From the NCBI GenBank assembly GCA_963796685.1, contig CAWCMR010000013.1:576001-640000 (forward strand): a stretch of 64,000 nt of DNA, read 5' to 3'. Positions within the stretch are counted from its first letter, which is position 1. The number at the start of each line of letters is the position of its first letter. This document shows, one piece after another, positions 29,238 to 41,306 of this stretch. The notes under the pieces were generated by a model. That model saw only the letters and a list, made by a program, of their open reading frames with translations. It was not told the origin of the DNA and did no database searches. The position numbers and the translations under genes were made by a program. This DNA is from an uncultured delta proteobacterium. Lineage in GTDB: Bacteria; Myxococcota_A; Polyangia; Fen-1088.

Positions 29238-29633
29238 ATGAGTGACACGTATCCCAACGATCTTCTCTACACCGAGGACCACGAGTGGGCGCGCCCCGAA
29301 AACAATCTGGTGACCGTGGGCATTTCCCAGTTCGCGGTGGAGCAACTCGGCGACGTGACCCAGGTCGATCTGCCACGCGAGGGCGAGATGCTCAAACAAA
29401 ACGAGCCCTTCGGCTCGGTCGAATCGGTGAAGGCCGTGTCCGACCTGCTCGCGCCCGTCTCGGGCAAGGTGGTCAAGGTGAACACCACCCTGCAGGACTC
29501 ACCCGAGTACGTGAATGAAGACCCCTACGACGGCGGTTGGATGATCCAAATCGAGGTGGCGAACCCCGAGGAGCTGAAGAAGCTGATGGACCCCGCCGCC
29601 TACGAGACCTTCTTGAAAGAGAACGAGGACTAG
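29238..29633 (+). CDS. gcvH: Glycine cleavage system H protein
   Basis: YTEDHEW, VESVKAVSD (lipoyl Lys), VNEDPY..GW. Confidence 0.97.
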   Translation: MSDTYPNDLLYTEDHEWARPENNLVTVGISQFAVEQLGDVTQVDLPREGEMLKQNEPFGSVESVKAVSDLLAPVSGKVVKVNTTLQDSPEYVNEDPYDGGWMIQIEVANPEELKKLMDPAAYETFLKENED

Positions 29634-29643
29634 TAGCCGCAAG

Positions 29644-32494
<2,851 letters not shown>

Positions 32495-32504
32495 GCTTGG
32501 CGCC

Positions 32505-33821
32505 ATGGCAAGCACCACCCTGACCTTCGCCTCGCGCGAGGCGCACCGGACCTGGCTGTCCACCCAAGCCATCTTGCCAACCGGGTTCCGCGTTGGCACC
32601 ACGCGCCTCGCCTTCGTTCCCGCCGAAGTCCCCAAACCGGCGGCCATGAACCTGACCCTCATCGCGCTCGACAAGCCGACCCCGGACTTCGCCGCGGTCT
32701 TTACCCGCAACGCCCTTCCGGGGGCGCCGGTCATCATCGGCCGCCGCCGCCTGGACGAGCCGTCGCTGGGTGCCATCGTGGTCAACAACAAGATCTCGAA
32801 CGTGTGCGCGCCCGACGGCGTGGCCACGGCCGAGCTCCTGTGCGCGAGCGTAGCCGACGCGCTCGGCATGGCGGGAAATCAGATTCTGCCCAGCTCCACC
32901 GGCGTCATCGGCTGGCGCCTTCCCATCGATAGCATGCTGGCCGCAGTTCCCGCCGCGGCCGCGTCCGTCGGCCAGCGCGGCCTTCTCGACGCCGCCCTTT
33001 CCATCATGACCACCGATCTGTACCCCAAGGTTCGGCGCGCCGGCGTCGGCAAGGGGAGCATCGTCGGTATCGCCAAGGGCGCGGGCATGATCGAGCCCAA
33101 CCTGGCGACCATGCTGGTCTACCTGCTCACCGACCTGGCCGTTCCGCGCGCCAGCCTGCGCCGGTTGCTGCCGCTGGCCGTCGGGCCGAGCTTCAACTGC
33201 ATCAGCATCGACACCGACACCAGCACCTCGGACACCGTGGTGCTGCTCTCCTCGGGTGCCGTGCCCTGCAGCGACGAGGACGCGTTCGCGCGCGCCCTGG
33301 CCACGGTGTGCGCCGATCTCGCCGAGGACGTGGTCCGCAACGGCGAAGGCGTCCGTCACGTGGTGCGCGTTGCCGTGCGTGGAGCGCCCTCGGAGGGCCT
33401 GGCACGCGCCCTGGGCAAGGCGGTCATCAACGCGCCGCTGGTCAAGTGCGCGCTGGCCGGCAACGATCCCAACGTGGGGCGCCTCATCATGGCCATCGGC
33501 AAACACGTCGGCATCCACGCGCCCGAGGTGAATCTGGACCACCTTCGCATCGCGCTCGGGGCCAAGACCATCTTCGCGGGAGGCAGCTTCCAGCTCGACC
33601 CCGCCACGGAAAAGCAGCTGGTCGAGCACCTTCAGGGCGCCGAGCTTTATCGCAGCAAGGCGCCCACGGATGGCGTCTTCCATCCTGCGGTGGATTTCCC
33701 GCCGCACGAGCGTTGCGTGGAGCTGGACATCGACCTCGGTTGCGGAGCGGCCGGAGCCACGGTGCTTGGCGCCGACCTGACCCACGAGTACGTCAGCGAG
33801 AACGCCGACTACCGGAGCTGA
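32505..33821 (+). CDS. argJ: Glutamate N-acetyltransferase / ornithine acetyltransferase
   Basis: STGVIG, IMTTD, KGAGMIEPNLATML (autocleavage A-T), DTSTSD, NGEG, final NADYRS. Confidence 0.93.
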   Translation: MASTTLTFASREAHRTWLSTQAILPTGFRVGTTRLAFVPAEVPKPAAMNLTLIALDKPTPDFAAVFTRNALPGAPVIIGRRRLDEPSLGAIVVNNKISNVCAPDGVATAELLCASVADALGMAGNQILPSSTGVIGWRLPIDSMLAAVPAAAASVGQRGLLDAALSIMTTDLYPKVRRAGVGKGSIVGIAKGAGMIEPNLATMLVYLLTDLAVPRASLRRLLPLAVGPSFNCISIDTDTSTSDTVVLLSSGAVPCSDEDAFARALATVCADLAEDVVRNGEGVRHVVRVAVRGAPSEGLARALGKAVINAPLVKCALAGNDPNVGRLIMAIGKHVGIHAPEVNLDHLRIALGAKTIFAGGSFQLDPATEKQLVEHLQGAELYRSKAPTDGVFHPAVDFPPHERCVELDIDLGCGAAGATVLGADLTHEYVSENADYRS

Positions 33822-33884
33822 ACCGGCCGCGCCGAAGCTCCAGATTTTTTTGCAGCGCAGGCGACCGCCGCATAGGCTCACGCC

Positions 33885-34256
33885 ATGCTCCGGATCCTTG
33901 CAAGCAGCTGGTCGAAACGCGCGCTCACGGGCAGCGTGCTCGTTCTGGGCGCGCTCGGCTCCTGCGCCGGAACCCAGATACCCAAGGATCGCATCTCCGA
34001 CCCTGGGCAGGCGCTGTTCAACGGCCAAACCGTCTCCGGCATCGACTGCTACCGGTGCCACAACGGCGACGGCACGGGGACCTGGCGCGGGCCCAATCTC
34101 GCCAAGCGCGTGCCCAAGTTGAGCGACAAAGCCATCGCCATGGCGATCCACGAAGGGCCGGGAATGATGCCTTCCTACGAGGGCAAGATCGGCGACCAGC
34201 AGATTGCGGCCATCACCGCGTGGTTGCGCGGACGATTCCCCGCAGCCAAGCCCTGA
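33885..34256 (+). CDS. Monoheme c-type cytochrome lipoprotein
   Basis: Lipobox LGSC; CYRCH heme motif; distal GMMP Met ligand. Confidence 0.88.
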   Translation: MLRILASSWSKRALTGSVLVLGALGSCAGTQIPKDRISDPGQALFNGQTVSGIDCYRCHNGDGTGTWRGPNLAKRVPKLSDKAIAMAIHEGPGMMPSYEGKIGDQQIAAITAWLRGRFPAAKP

Positions 34257-35096
34257 CTACTGCCCCGGCACGAGCTGACCGCCGGCGACCAGGAGGTACA
34301 GCCTGCGCAGGGTGCCCTGGAAGTAGGGTGTGTCGTCCATACCGGTCGCGTTCATCCATGCGCTGACATAGCTGTCGATCTTGGCCTGGCTGATGGCGAC
34401 TCCGACGTCGGCAAAGGCGCCGACGAAGGCGCTGTTGTTGGCGTAGCCGGTCTTGGTCACGCCGCCCTTGCCATCGACAAAGGTGCCGACCTTCTCCAGG
34501 AAAGTCTTCGCCTCGGGCGTGCAGAACCACATGTAGTCCATGGCCACGCGCCAGGGCGTGCGACAGGCGTTGTAGTCGTACGTGCTGGACTCGACGCGCC
34601 CGTCGTTGAAGCCCCACTCGGGCACCAGCCCATTCATCGTCGCCTGATACTGGGCCAGCAAGGTGTAGGAGTCCGCGGCCAGCTGCTTCCAGAAGGCGGC
34701 GTTGGCGGTGTCGATGTCGGCGAAGAAACGGTAGTAGCCGGGCGAGAAGTACGACGGGTTGACCTTGCCCTTGTTGTTCTGGTCGCTGCACCCGCCCCAG
34801 TTGTCACCGGGCCTGAGCACGACAAGACCATTCGAGCACGAGTCGGTCTCGAACTTCTTGATCTTGCCGATGAGCTCCAGCGCCTTGCTGGTGTAGCCCC
34901 CCCACTTCTTATCCGCCAGCACGAGCCCCATGGCCGAGTCCAAATCGCCGTCGCTGGCCGCGTTGGCGTTGTTGTTGCCCGGGGCCGCACAGGCGTCCAT
35001 CGACCAGTTCATGAGGCCGTTCGTGTCATAGTGGTCGGTGTAGAATTTCCACAGCTCGTCGAGGAGTGCCTGGTCGTCGTTGCTCGCGGCCAGTAG
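34257..35096 (-). pseudogene. Glycoside hydrolase family 8, 5'-truncated
   Basis: Frame reads LLAASNDDQALLDELWKFY..NGLMNW, ASDGDLD, NPSYFSP, YNACRTPWR; the upstream SEG..YGM segment and signal peptide are missing. Confidence 0.8.
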
Positions 35097-35755
35097 CCAC
35101 CGGGAATTTGGCCGAGACCAACGAGCGCGTGGTGGTCAGCTTCGGGCCCGAGCACGGGGCGCTGGAGCAGCGCCAGGTCGAGATGGCCATGCGCGAGGCG
35201 GGCGAGCTGTTCCCGCGGCCCAAGATGATCGTCTTCACCGCGTTCGTGTTCGATCCCGAGGCGGCCAAGGACATCGACCAGACCAAGGGCATCGTGGCCT
35301 TGAAGGCGCAGATGAACACGGATCTGTTGACCGAGGACTTGAAGAAGGCGCGGTCGAGCAACCAGAGCTTCTGGCTGATGGGCCAGCCCGACGTGGAGGT
35401 GCGCCAGCGCAAGGACGGCCTTTACGAGGTCGAGGTGCACGGGTTCGATTACTTCGACACGGCCAAGGGCGATCTGGTGTCCGGCGGCAAGAGCAAGATC
35501 GCGCTGTGGCTGCTGGATACGGACTACGACGAGCGCTCGCTGTTTCCGCGCCAGGTGTTTTTCCCCATGGCGGGCGCGAAGGACGGGTGGTTCAAGTTGC
35601 GCAAGGACATCCGCGCCGAGCTGGATGAATCGCGTTTGGGCGAATTCCACGGCACGGTGTCGCTGCCTTTTGCGGCGGGCGAGAATCGCAAGGTGGCGGT
35701 CAAGGTGGTGGACGACCGGGGCATCGAATCCCTGAAGATCCTGCGGCTCGGTTGA
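35096..35755 (+). pseudogene. mod: Type III R-M methyltransferase (Mod), C-terminal fragment
   Basis: Typical Mod C-terminus (FWLMGQPDV..VEVHGFDYFD..LWLLDTDYD..SLPF..KVAVKVVDDRGIE) directly upstream of res; no DPPY or FxGxG motifs. Confidence 0.75.
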
Positions 35756-35757
35756 CC

Positions 35758-38568
35758 ATGGCGAATTCGCTGATCCTGAATTCACCCTACGATCCGCCCA
35801 CCCTGCACTGGCGCGAGGAGCGGGGCACGCTTTCCTTGGCGCATGGCCGGCGGCCGGCGGGGTATGAAATCTTCGACACGCGCCAGAACACGAGGCGGAC
35901 CCAAACCCTGGATCTGGTGAACCGGATCCGCGAACGAGTAGACGCCTGGCGGCTGGCGGAGTTTCCGGGCGTGACCTCGGTGACGCGCGGGCTGCTCGAC
36001 CACTGGCGGGATCGCAGCACGCGCGACTTCCCCTTCTACTTCTGCCAGCACGAGGCCATCGAGACGCTGATCTGGTGGGTCGAGGCGCCGGCGGATTTCA
36101 AGCAAGGGATTCATGTGCCGGGCGATGGCGGGGCCTGGCAGCGGCTGTGCTCGAAGATGGCCACGGGCACAGGCAAGACCCTGGTCATGGGCATGATCGT
36201 GGCCTGGCAGACGCTGAATGCCGTCACCTATCCCAAGGAGCGCGGGCGGTTCTCGAAGGACATCTTCGTGGTGGCGCCCGGGCTGACGGTGAAAGAGCGC
36301 TTGCAGGTGCTCTATCCGGGCAATCCCGGAAACGTCTACGACGAGTTCAACCTGTGTCCGTCCGAGGCCACGCGCCAGAAGCTGAACCGGGTGGAGCTGC
36401 TAGTCGAGAACTGGCACACGCTGATGCCGCTGAAGGAAGCGGATCGCAGCGTGGTCAAAAAGGGCGTCGAGAGCGACCACGCCTTCGTGCGCCGGGTGCT
36501 GGGCAAGCTGGCAACGGCCAAGGATCTGGTGATCATCAACGACGAGGCCCACCACGCCTACCGCGTGCCGGCCGACGTGAAGGTCAGCAAGAAGCAGGCG
36601 GAAGAACAGGGCCTGGATCTGGAAGAAGCCACGCGCTGGATCGAAGGACTGGATCGCATCCACAAGGAAATGCGCATCACCCGCTGCTTCGATCTGTCGG
36701 CCACGCCCTTCGCACCCACGGGACGGACCAACACCGAGGAAGGCTTGTTCGACTGGATCGTGTCGGACTTCGGCCTGAACGACGCCATCGAGGCCGGGCT
36801 GGTGAAGACACCACGGGTCGTCGTGCGCGACGGGATCATTCCCGATACCAAGACCCTGCGGCCCAAGCTCTATCACCTGTACCGCGATCCCGAGGTCTCC
36901 GAAGACATCAACCGGCGCGGCGCCGAGCCGCACGAACCCTTGCCGGGTCTGGTCCAGCAGGCGTACACCCTGCTGGGCGCGGACTGGCGCGAGACGGCCA
37001 AGCAGTGGCGCGAGGCGGGCCATGAATCGCCGCCGGTGATCCTAACGGTGTGCAACCGGACCGAGACCGCTGCGCGCATCGAGCACTATTTCGTGAAGGG
37101 CAATGCCCACTGGCCCGAGCTACAGGCCCCGAACCAGACCCTGCGGGTGGATTCCAAGGTGCTGGAAAAGGCCGAGCTGGGCGAGACGGCGGGCACCGAC
37201 AAGGACTACGAGAAGCGGTTGCAGGGGATCGTGGAGGCCGTCCGCATTCCCGAGGAGCGCAAGCAAGAGCTGCGGACCATGAAGAAGGAAGAGCTTCTGC
37301 GCGCCATCGTGGACAACGTGGGTAAGCGCGGCCGGCCCGGCCAGGATCTACAGAACGTTATCTCGGTGGCCATGCTGTCCGAGGGCTGGGACGCCAAGAA
37401 CGTCACGCACATCCTGGGCCTGCGCGCCTTCACCAGCCAGCTGCTGTGCGAGCAGGTCATCGGCCGCGGTCTGCGGCGGGTGGGCCACGACACCGAGCAG
37501 GTAGTTGGGCCCGACGGCGTGGAGCGCGAGCTGTTCCGGCCCGAGTTCGTCAACGTGTTCGGGGTGCCGCTTTCGATCTTCCAGGACGTGGGCGAAGGCG
37601 GCGACGCACCACCGCCGCCGCGCCCGAGCACGCAGATCGAATCGTTGGTCTCGCGCAACCCGCTGGAGATCCGCTGGCCGAACGTAGTGCGCATCGAGAC
37701 GGTGGTGCGGCCGACGTTGGTCGTGGATTGGGACCAGGTCGAGCCGTTGCAGCTCGATCCCGCGCGCATCCCCATCGCGGCCGAGCTGGCGCCAGCCTTG
37801 GGTGGGGCGGCGGATCTGTCCAAGGCCGAGAAGATCGATCTGGAGAAGATCCCCGAGTCCTTCCGGCTGCAAAGGCTGACCTTCATGGCGGCCCAGAAGG
37901 CCTTCGAGTCGCTGGGCAATCGCTTCAAGGGCCGCCGGGAGTACCTGGTGTTCCAGATGATTCGCCTGTCCGAGGAGTTCTTCGCCTCGGACAAGGTTGT
38001 CATCCCCAGCACCTTCCACCGCGATCCCTTGCGCCGCCGCATTCTCATCGCCCTGAGCGTCGACCGTATCGTGCAGCATCTGGTGCGCTTCATGACCGAG
38101 CAAAACCGCGAGCTGGTCGAGCCGGTGTTCGACGAGGAGAACCCCATCGGCAGCACGCGCAACATGCGGACCTGGTACACCACCAAGGTGTGCCACCCGG
38201 CCGTGCGCTCGCAGGTAAGCCACATGGTGGCGGACAGCGCGTGGGAGCAGTTCGCGGCCAACTTGCTGGAAACGAGCCCGCTGGTGGATGCCTACGCCAA
38301 GAACGATCACCTCGGCTTCCAGATTCACTACCTGTGGAACGGTGCCAAACGCCGCTACATCCCCGACTTCCTGATTCGCCTGACCAACGGCAAGACCCTG
38401 GTGCTGGAGATCAAGGGCGAGGACAGCGAACAGAACCGCGCCAAGCTGGCGGCCATGCGCGCGTGGGTGGAGGCGGTCAACGGCAAGGGCGGCTTCGGGC
38501 GGTGGGGCTGCGATGTCGTGTATGAAATGGCGAAGATGCAGGATGTGATCACCGCGCACGGGGAATAG
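35758..38568 (+). CDS. res: Type III restriction endonuclease Res subunit
   Basis: SF2 helicase motifs KMATGTGKT, NDEAHH, LSATP, MLSEGWD, QVIGRGLR; C-terminal PD-(D/E)xK nuclease YIPDF..LEIKG. Confidence 0.92.
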   Translation: MANSLILNSPYDPPTLHWREERGTLSLAHGRRPAGYEIFDTRQNTRRTQTLDLVNRIRERVDAWRLAEFPGVTSVTRGLLDHWRDRSTRDFPFYFCQHEAIETLIWWVEAPADFKQGIHVPGDGGAWQRLCSKMATGTGKTLVMGMIVAWQTLNAVTYPKERGRFSKDIFVVAPGLTVKERLQVLYPGNPGNVYDEFNLCPSEATRQKLNRVELLVENWHTLMPLKEADRSVVKKGVESDHAFVRRVLGKLATAKDLVIINDEAHHAYRVPADVKVSKKQAEEQGLDLEEATRWIEGLDRIHKEMRITRCFDLSATPFAPTGRTNTEEGLFDWIVSDFGLNDAIEAGLVKTPRVVVRDGIIPDTKTLRPKLYHLYRDPEVSEDINRRGAEPHEPLPGLVQQAYTLLGADWRETAKQWREAGHESPPVILTVCNRTETAARIEHYFVKGNAHWPELQAPNQTLRVDSKVLEKAELGETAGTDKDYEKRLQGIVEAVRIPEERKQELRTMKKEELLRAIVDNVGKRGRPGQDLQNVISVAMLSEGWDAKNVTHILGLRAFTSQLLCEQVIGRGLRRVGHDTEQVVGPDGVERELFRPEFVNVFGVPLSIFQDVGEGGDAPPPPRPSTQIESLVSRNPLEIRWPNVVRIETVVRPTLVVDWDQVEPLQLDPARIPIAAELAPALGGAADLSKAEKIDLEKIPESFRLQRLTFMAAQKAFESLGNRFKGRREYLVFQMIRLSEEFFASDKVVIPSTFHRDPLRRRILIALSVDRIVQHLVRFMTEQNRELVEPVFDEENPIGSTRNMRTWYTTKVCHPAVRSQVSHMVADSAWEQFAANLLETSPLVDAYAKNDHLGFQIHYLWNGAKRRYIPDFLIRLTNGKTLVLEIKGEDSEQNRAKLAAMRAWVEAVNGKGGFGRWGCDVVYEMAKMQDVITAHGE

Positions 38569-38582
38569 GTGCCGCCCCGAGC

Positions 38583-39095
38583 TCACATCGCCTGGGCAAA
38601 GGCCACCACAACCCCCTCTGGACGAAAGACGGCAAGCTGGGTCGTGCCACGATTGAAAAACTCCGCTATCGATTTCACGTTCCTGCGTGCGGCAAGCAAG
38701 GGCCGATAGTCGAACCTGCCATCACCGGAGGACGGCACAGCATCCTGCAGCCACGTCGAAAGATCTGCCGGCGCGACGCGAACCGCTGCGAAGATCGCCC
38801 AATCGGAGGGCGCGAATCCATTGTCGTGATAGACGACATGGAACTCGCAATCGAGAACGTGGGTCCGAAATTTGAGATACCGACCAAGAAAGCGAATTCT
38901 CTCCTCGGGCGAAGGGAGATCGCGACTCCACGTGTCTGTAGTCAATCTACCACCCATGAATTTCTCCGATGAGATCTCCCGAATTACCCACACGGCAGCC
39001 AAGGCGACTAAAGCCAAGATGCCGGCGCTGATCGCGATAAGCAAGTGCCTATGGAGGGTACGCGACCGCGCGCCATTAGTTGGGCTTTGGATCAC
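38583..39095 (-). CDS. Membrane-anchored hypothetical protein (candidate orphan immunity protein)
   Basis: One N-terminal TM segment; lower GC than the flanks; last gene of the vgrG-directed run; start uncertain (GTG 39095 or TTG 39116). Confidence 0.55.
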   Translation of the reverse strand: MIQSPTNGARSRTLHRHLLIAISAGILALVALAAVWVIREISSEKFMGGRLTTDTWSRDLPSPEERIRFLGRYLKFRTHVLDCEFHVVYHDNGFAPSDWAIFAAVRVAPADLSTWLQDAVPSSGDGRFDYRPLLAARRNVKSIAEFFNRGTTQLAVFRPEGVVVAFAQAM

Positions 39096-39100
39096 TGCGC

Positions 39101-39180
39101 CTCCCGCCCATCGCAACGGTGCTGCCAGCGCCAGCAGTGGCAGCGTGGCTGGCCAGGGCCACGCCAGCCCTCGGATGGGA
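39101..39180 (-). pseudogene. Decayed remnant of the VgrG C-terminal spike region
   Basis: Translates GVALASHAATAGAGSTVAMG versus GVAIASPAVTAAAGASSVVAMG in the intact VgrG (about 42260-42345); DNA similarity visible by eye. Confidence 0.6.
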
Positions 39181-39212
39181 GTGTGCCTGGCAGTTCAGGC
39201 GCGCGTCGCGGA

Positions 39213-40124
39213 TCATCTTCTCAGATACTCCCGATCGACCTCGTCTAGCTTCCCCGACCGTCGAGCCGCAGCGATAGCTTTGGCCAGCTCTGGACTAGGC
39301 CTCTTCAAGAGTGCCTTGGCCGCTTTCGATCCCCGCTCTGCCGCATCGAGGAGCGGTCGCAGGGCAGCGGCAGGACGGTGCAGCGCAAGCTGCGCTTGAT
39401 ACGCGATCTCAGCCTGCTGACGAAACAGACGACCCATCCGCCCATCGGCCTCATGGCCGGCGTCGGCCTCCTCTGGATACGAGTACCAGAGCCGCTTGTT
39501 TGCCAGAGTCTTCAGCGCCCCGGCGGGGGTTCCCTTGGCCAATTGGATGGCTGCCAAAGTTTCCCCCGCCCCGTACACCAACTTGAGGTCTTTGATGGTC
39601 GCGATGGTCTCCGCGGCTGCGTCCGCATCGCCAGATCCCAACTGGGCGTTGGCCAGCGCCACTCGCAGCGGGCCAAATTCAGGAAAGCGCGCCACCAGGG
39701 CGACCACGTGCCCAGGCTCGGGACGAGCGCGGGCATCCACCAGTGCGATTCGAGGCGAGTCAGGAAACCGGTGGACAGCCTCGCCAGTCATCTTGGCCTG
39801 AGACTGCAGGGATCCCTCATCCGTGCTCGCGAAATAGTCCAACAGCATCTCCTCCGCTCGAATCAGCTCATACTGAGCTTCTTCATCGTCGGGGCACCGC
39901 TTGAGCCTCTGCTCGGCTTCGTCCTCAATTTGCTTCAGATTACCATCAGGCTCTTTGACCGCGTCCACCTGGTTCAACTCATTCGAAGCCTGGGTCTGCT
40001 GGGCCAGTCCAGCAACCGGGCATCTACCAGCCGGAAGGCGGAGGGCGTTTGCCTCGCGATGGATGGACATCGCCGCAAGCACCAGACAGGCGATCATGAG
40101 GCTGTGCCGGGAATGACAGGTCAT
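39213..40124 (-). CDS. Secreted helical/TPR-like hypothetical protein (candidate immunity protein)
   Basis: 303 aa; signal peptide ending ANA; ATG overlaps the TGA of the upstream toxin-like fragment (ATGA). Confidence 0.7.
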   Translation of the reverse strand: MTCHSRHSLMIACLVLAAMSIHREANALRLPAGRCPVAGLAQQTQASNELNQVDAVKEPDGNLKQIEDEAEQRLKRCPDDEEAQYELIRAEEMLLDYFASTDEGSLQSQAKMTGEAVHRFPDSPRIALVDARARPEPGHVVALVARFPEFGPLRVALANAQLGSGDADAAAETIATIKDLKLVYGAGETLAAIQLAKGTPAGALKTLANKRLWYSYPEEADAGHEADGRMGRLFRQQAEIAYQAQLALHRPAAALRPLLDAAERGSKAAKALLKRPSPELAKAIAAARRSGKLDEVDREYLRR

Positions 40125-40339
40125 GGCGGGCCCTTCTCCCCGTAACCCTTCACCTCGAAGTAGGCTCCCTGCTTGAGGTAGCCCTTCCTCATCATCTCAT
40201 CCCGGTCCTTGGGATGAAGGTGGATGCACCCATGCGAGTTCACGAGTGGGATATCCTTGCTCCCGAAATGCCAAGCGAGTTCGTCGTCCGGAGTCGTATG
40301 AATGTAACAAGCCTTCCATGCCCACCCACCGAATTCGAA
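40121..40339 (-). pseudogene. Start-less L,D-transpeptidase-like (YkuD motif) toxin C-terminal fragment
   Basis: 72 codons, not in the ORF track: FEFGGWAWKACYIHTTPDDELAWHFGSKDIPLVNSHGCIHLHPKDRDEMMRKGYLKQGAYFEVKGYGEKGPP*; H...SHGC motif. Confidence 0.7.
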
Positions 40340-41267
40340 TCAGAAGATACGGTGCTGCTGCTCCTTCTTCGAAACGATTTCAGCTTGCATGATCTGCGAG
40401 CCTCGCGCATCCATCAGAGGTGTGTCAAGTACCAGCCAGACATCGTATTTGCCCTTGGGTAGAACCAAGGCAGCCACGAACTTGAACGTGAGATCCCGAT
40501 GCGGCGCGATTGCAATGATTGGAGATGGGACGAGCGATGGACTCGTGCCAACGAGCTGAGTCTTGGTGAGATCCACGAACTGTTGATGTTCGTTCCGGAG
40601 GCTCCGAGAGTGCGACGTCGTTCCTCCTGGCGATGACCTGGATGGACACCGAGCCGTCTGCCCAGAAATCCGGATGGGGAATGGTGACAGTATCGAGACC
40701 AACGTTGACAACCTTCAGGGCAACCTCGACGTGGCCTGTTCCATCCAGGCGAAGGGTCGTTTGAGCTGAAAGTGCTGCCTTGGGATGCTGTCGCAGTGCC
40801 CTCGCCACCGCGATAGCAGCCGCCTCGGCAGCCAAGAAAGGTTGATCGGGCGGAGAGCTCTCGGTCGCAAGACGTGTCTCTTGTGGGCCTGAATCGAGTG
40901 CGATGGTCAGTTTGCGAATCTCTTCGCCCGGGATGGCTGGCCCGATCGCCGGGTTTGGGCTGTGAACCAGCCGCCGAGCCGCTTGCATGAGCGCATCGGC
41001 CTCGGCAGCCGGTGGCATAGCCAGGAATGTACCCACCGGCTCAGGTCCCGGATTGTCCGCATTGCTTCCGACCGCCAACCTTGCAGGGTCTGCAAGAGAG
41101 ACGGTCAGCAGCGTTGGATGAGCATCGCTGGCGCGATTTGACCAATATTCAATGTTGTACCCCATCATATTTCCTTTCGGTGTACTGCGGTTTCCGCAGC
41201 GGCAGGCGGGTACGCAGAGCACGACTACAAGGAGTCTGAAAAACGCGCGCGCCCTGTTCGTTGGCAT
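40340..41267 (-). CDS. Putative lipoprotein, candidate immunity protein of the VgrG toxin; frameshifted near 40600
   Basis: Lipobox-like VPAC; 40 bp downstream of vgrG; removing one C joins ORFs 40425..41267 and 40340..40711 as DVALSELRNEHQQF. Confidence 0.65.
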
Positions 41268-41306
41268 GTGATCTCGTGGTTTCCAGGTCTTTTGGTCCGC
41301 ACGGGT

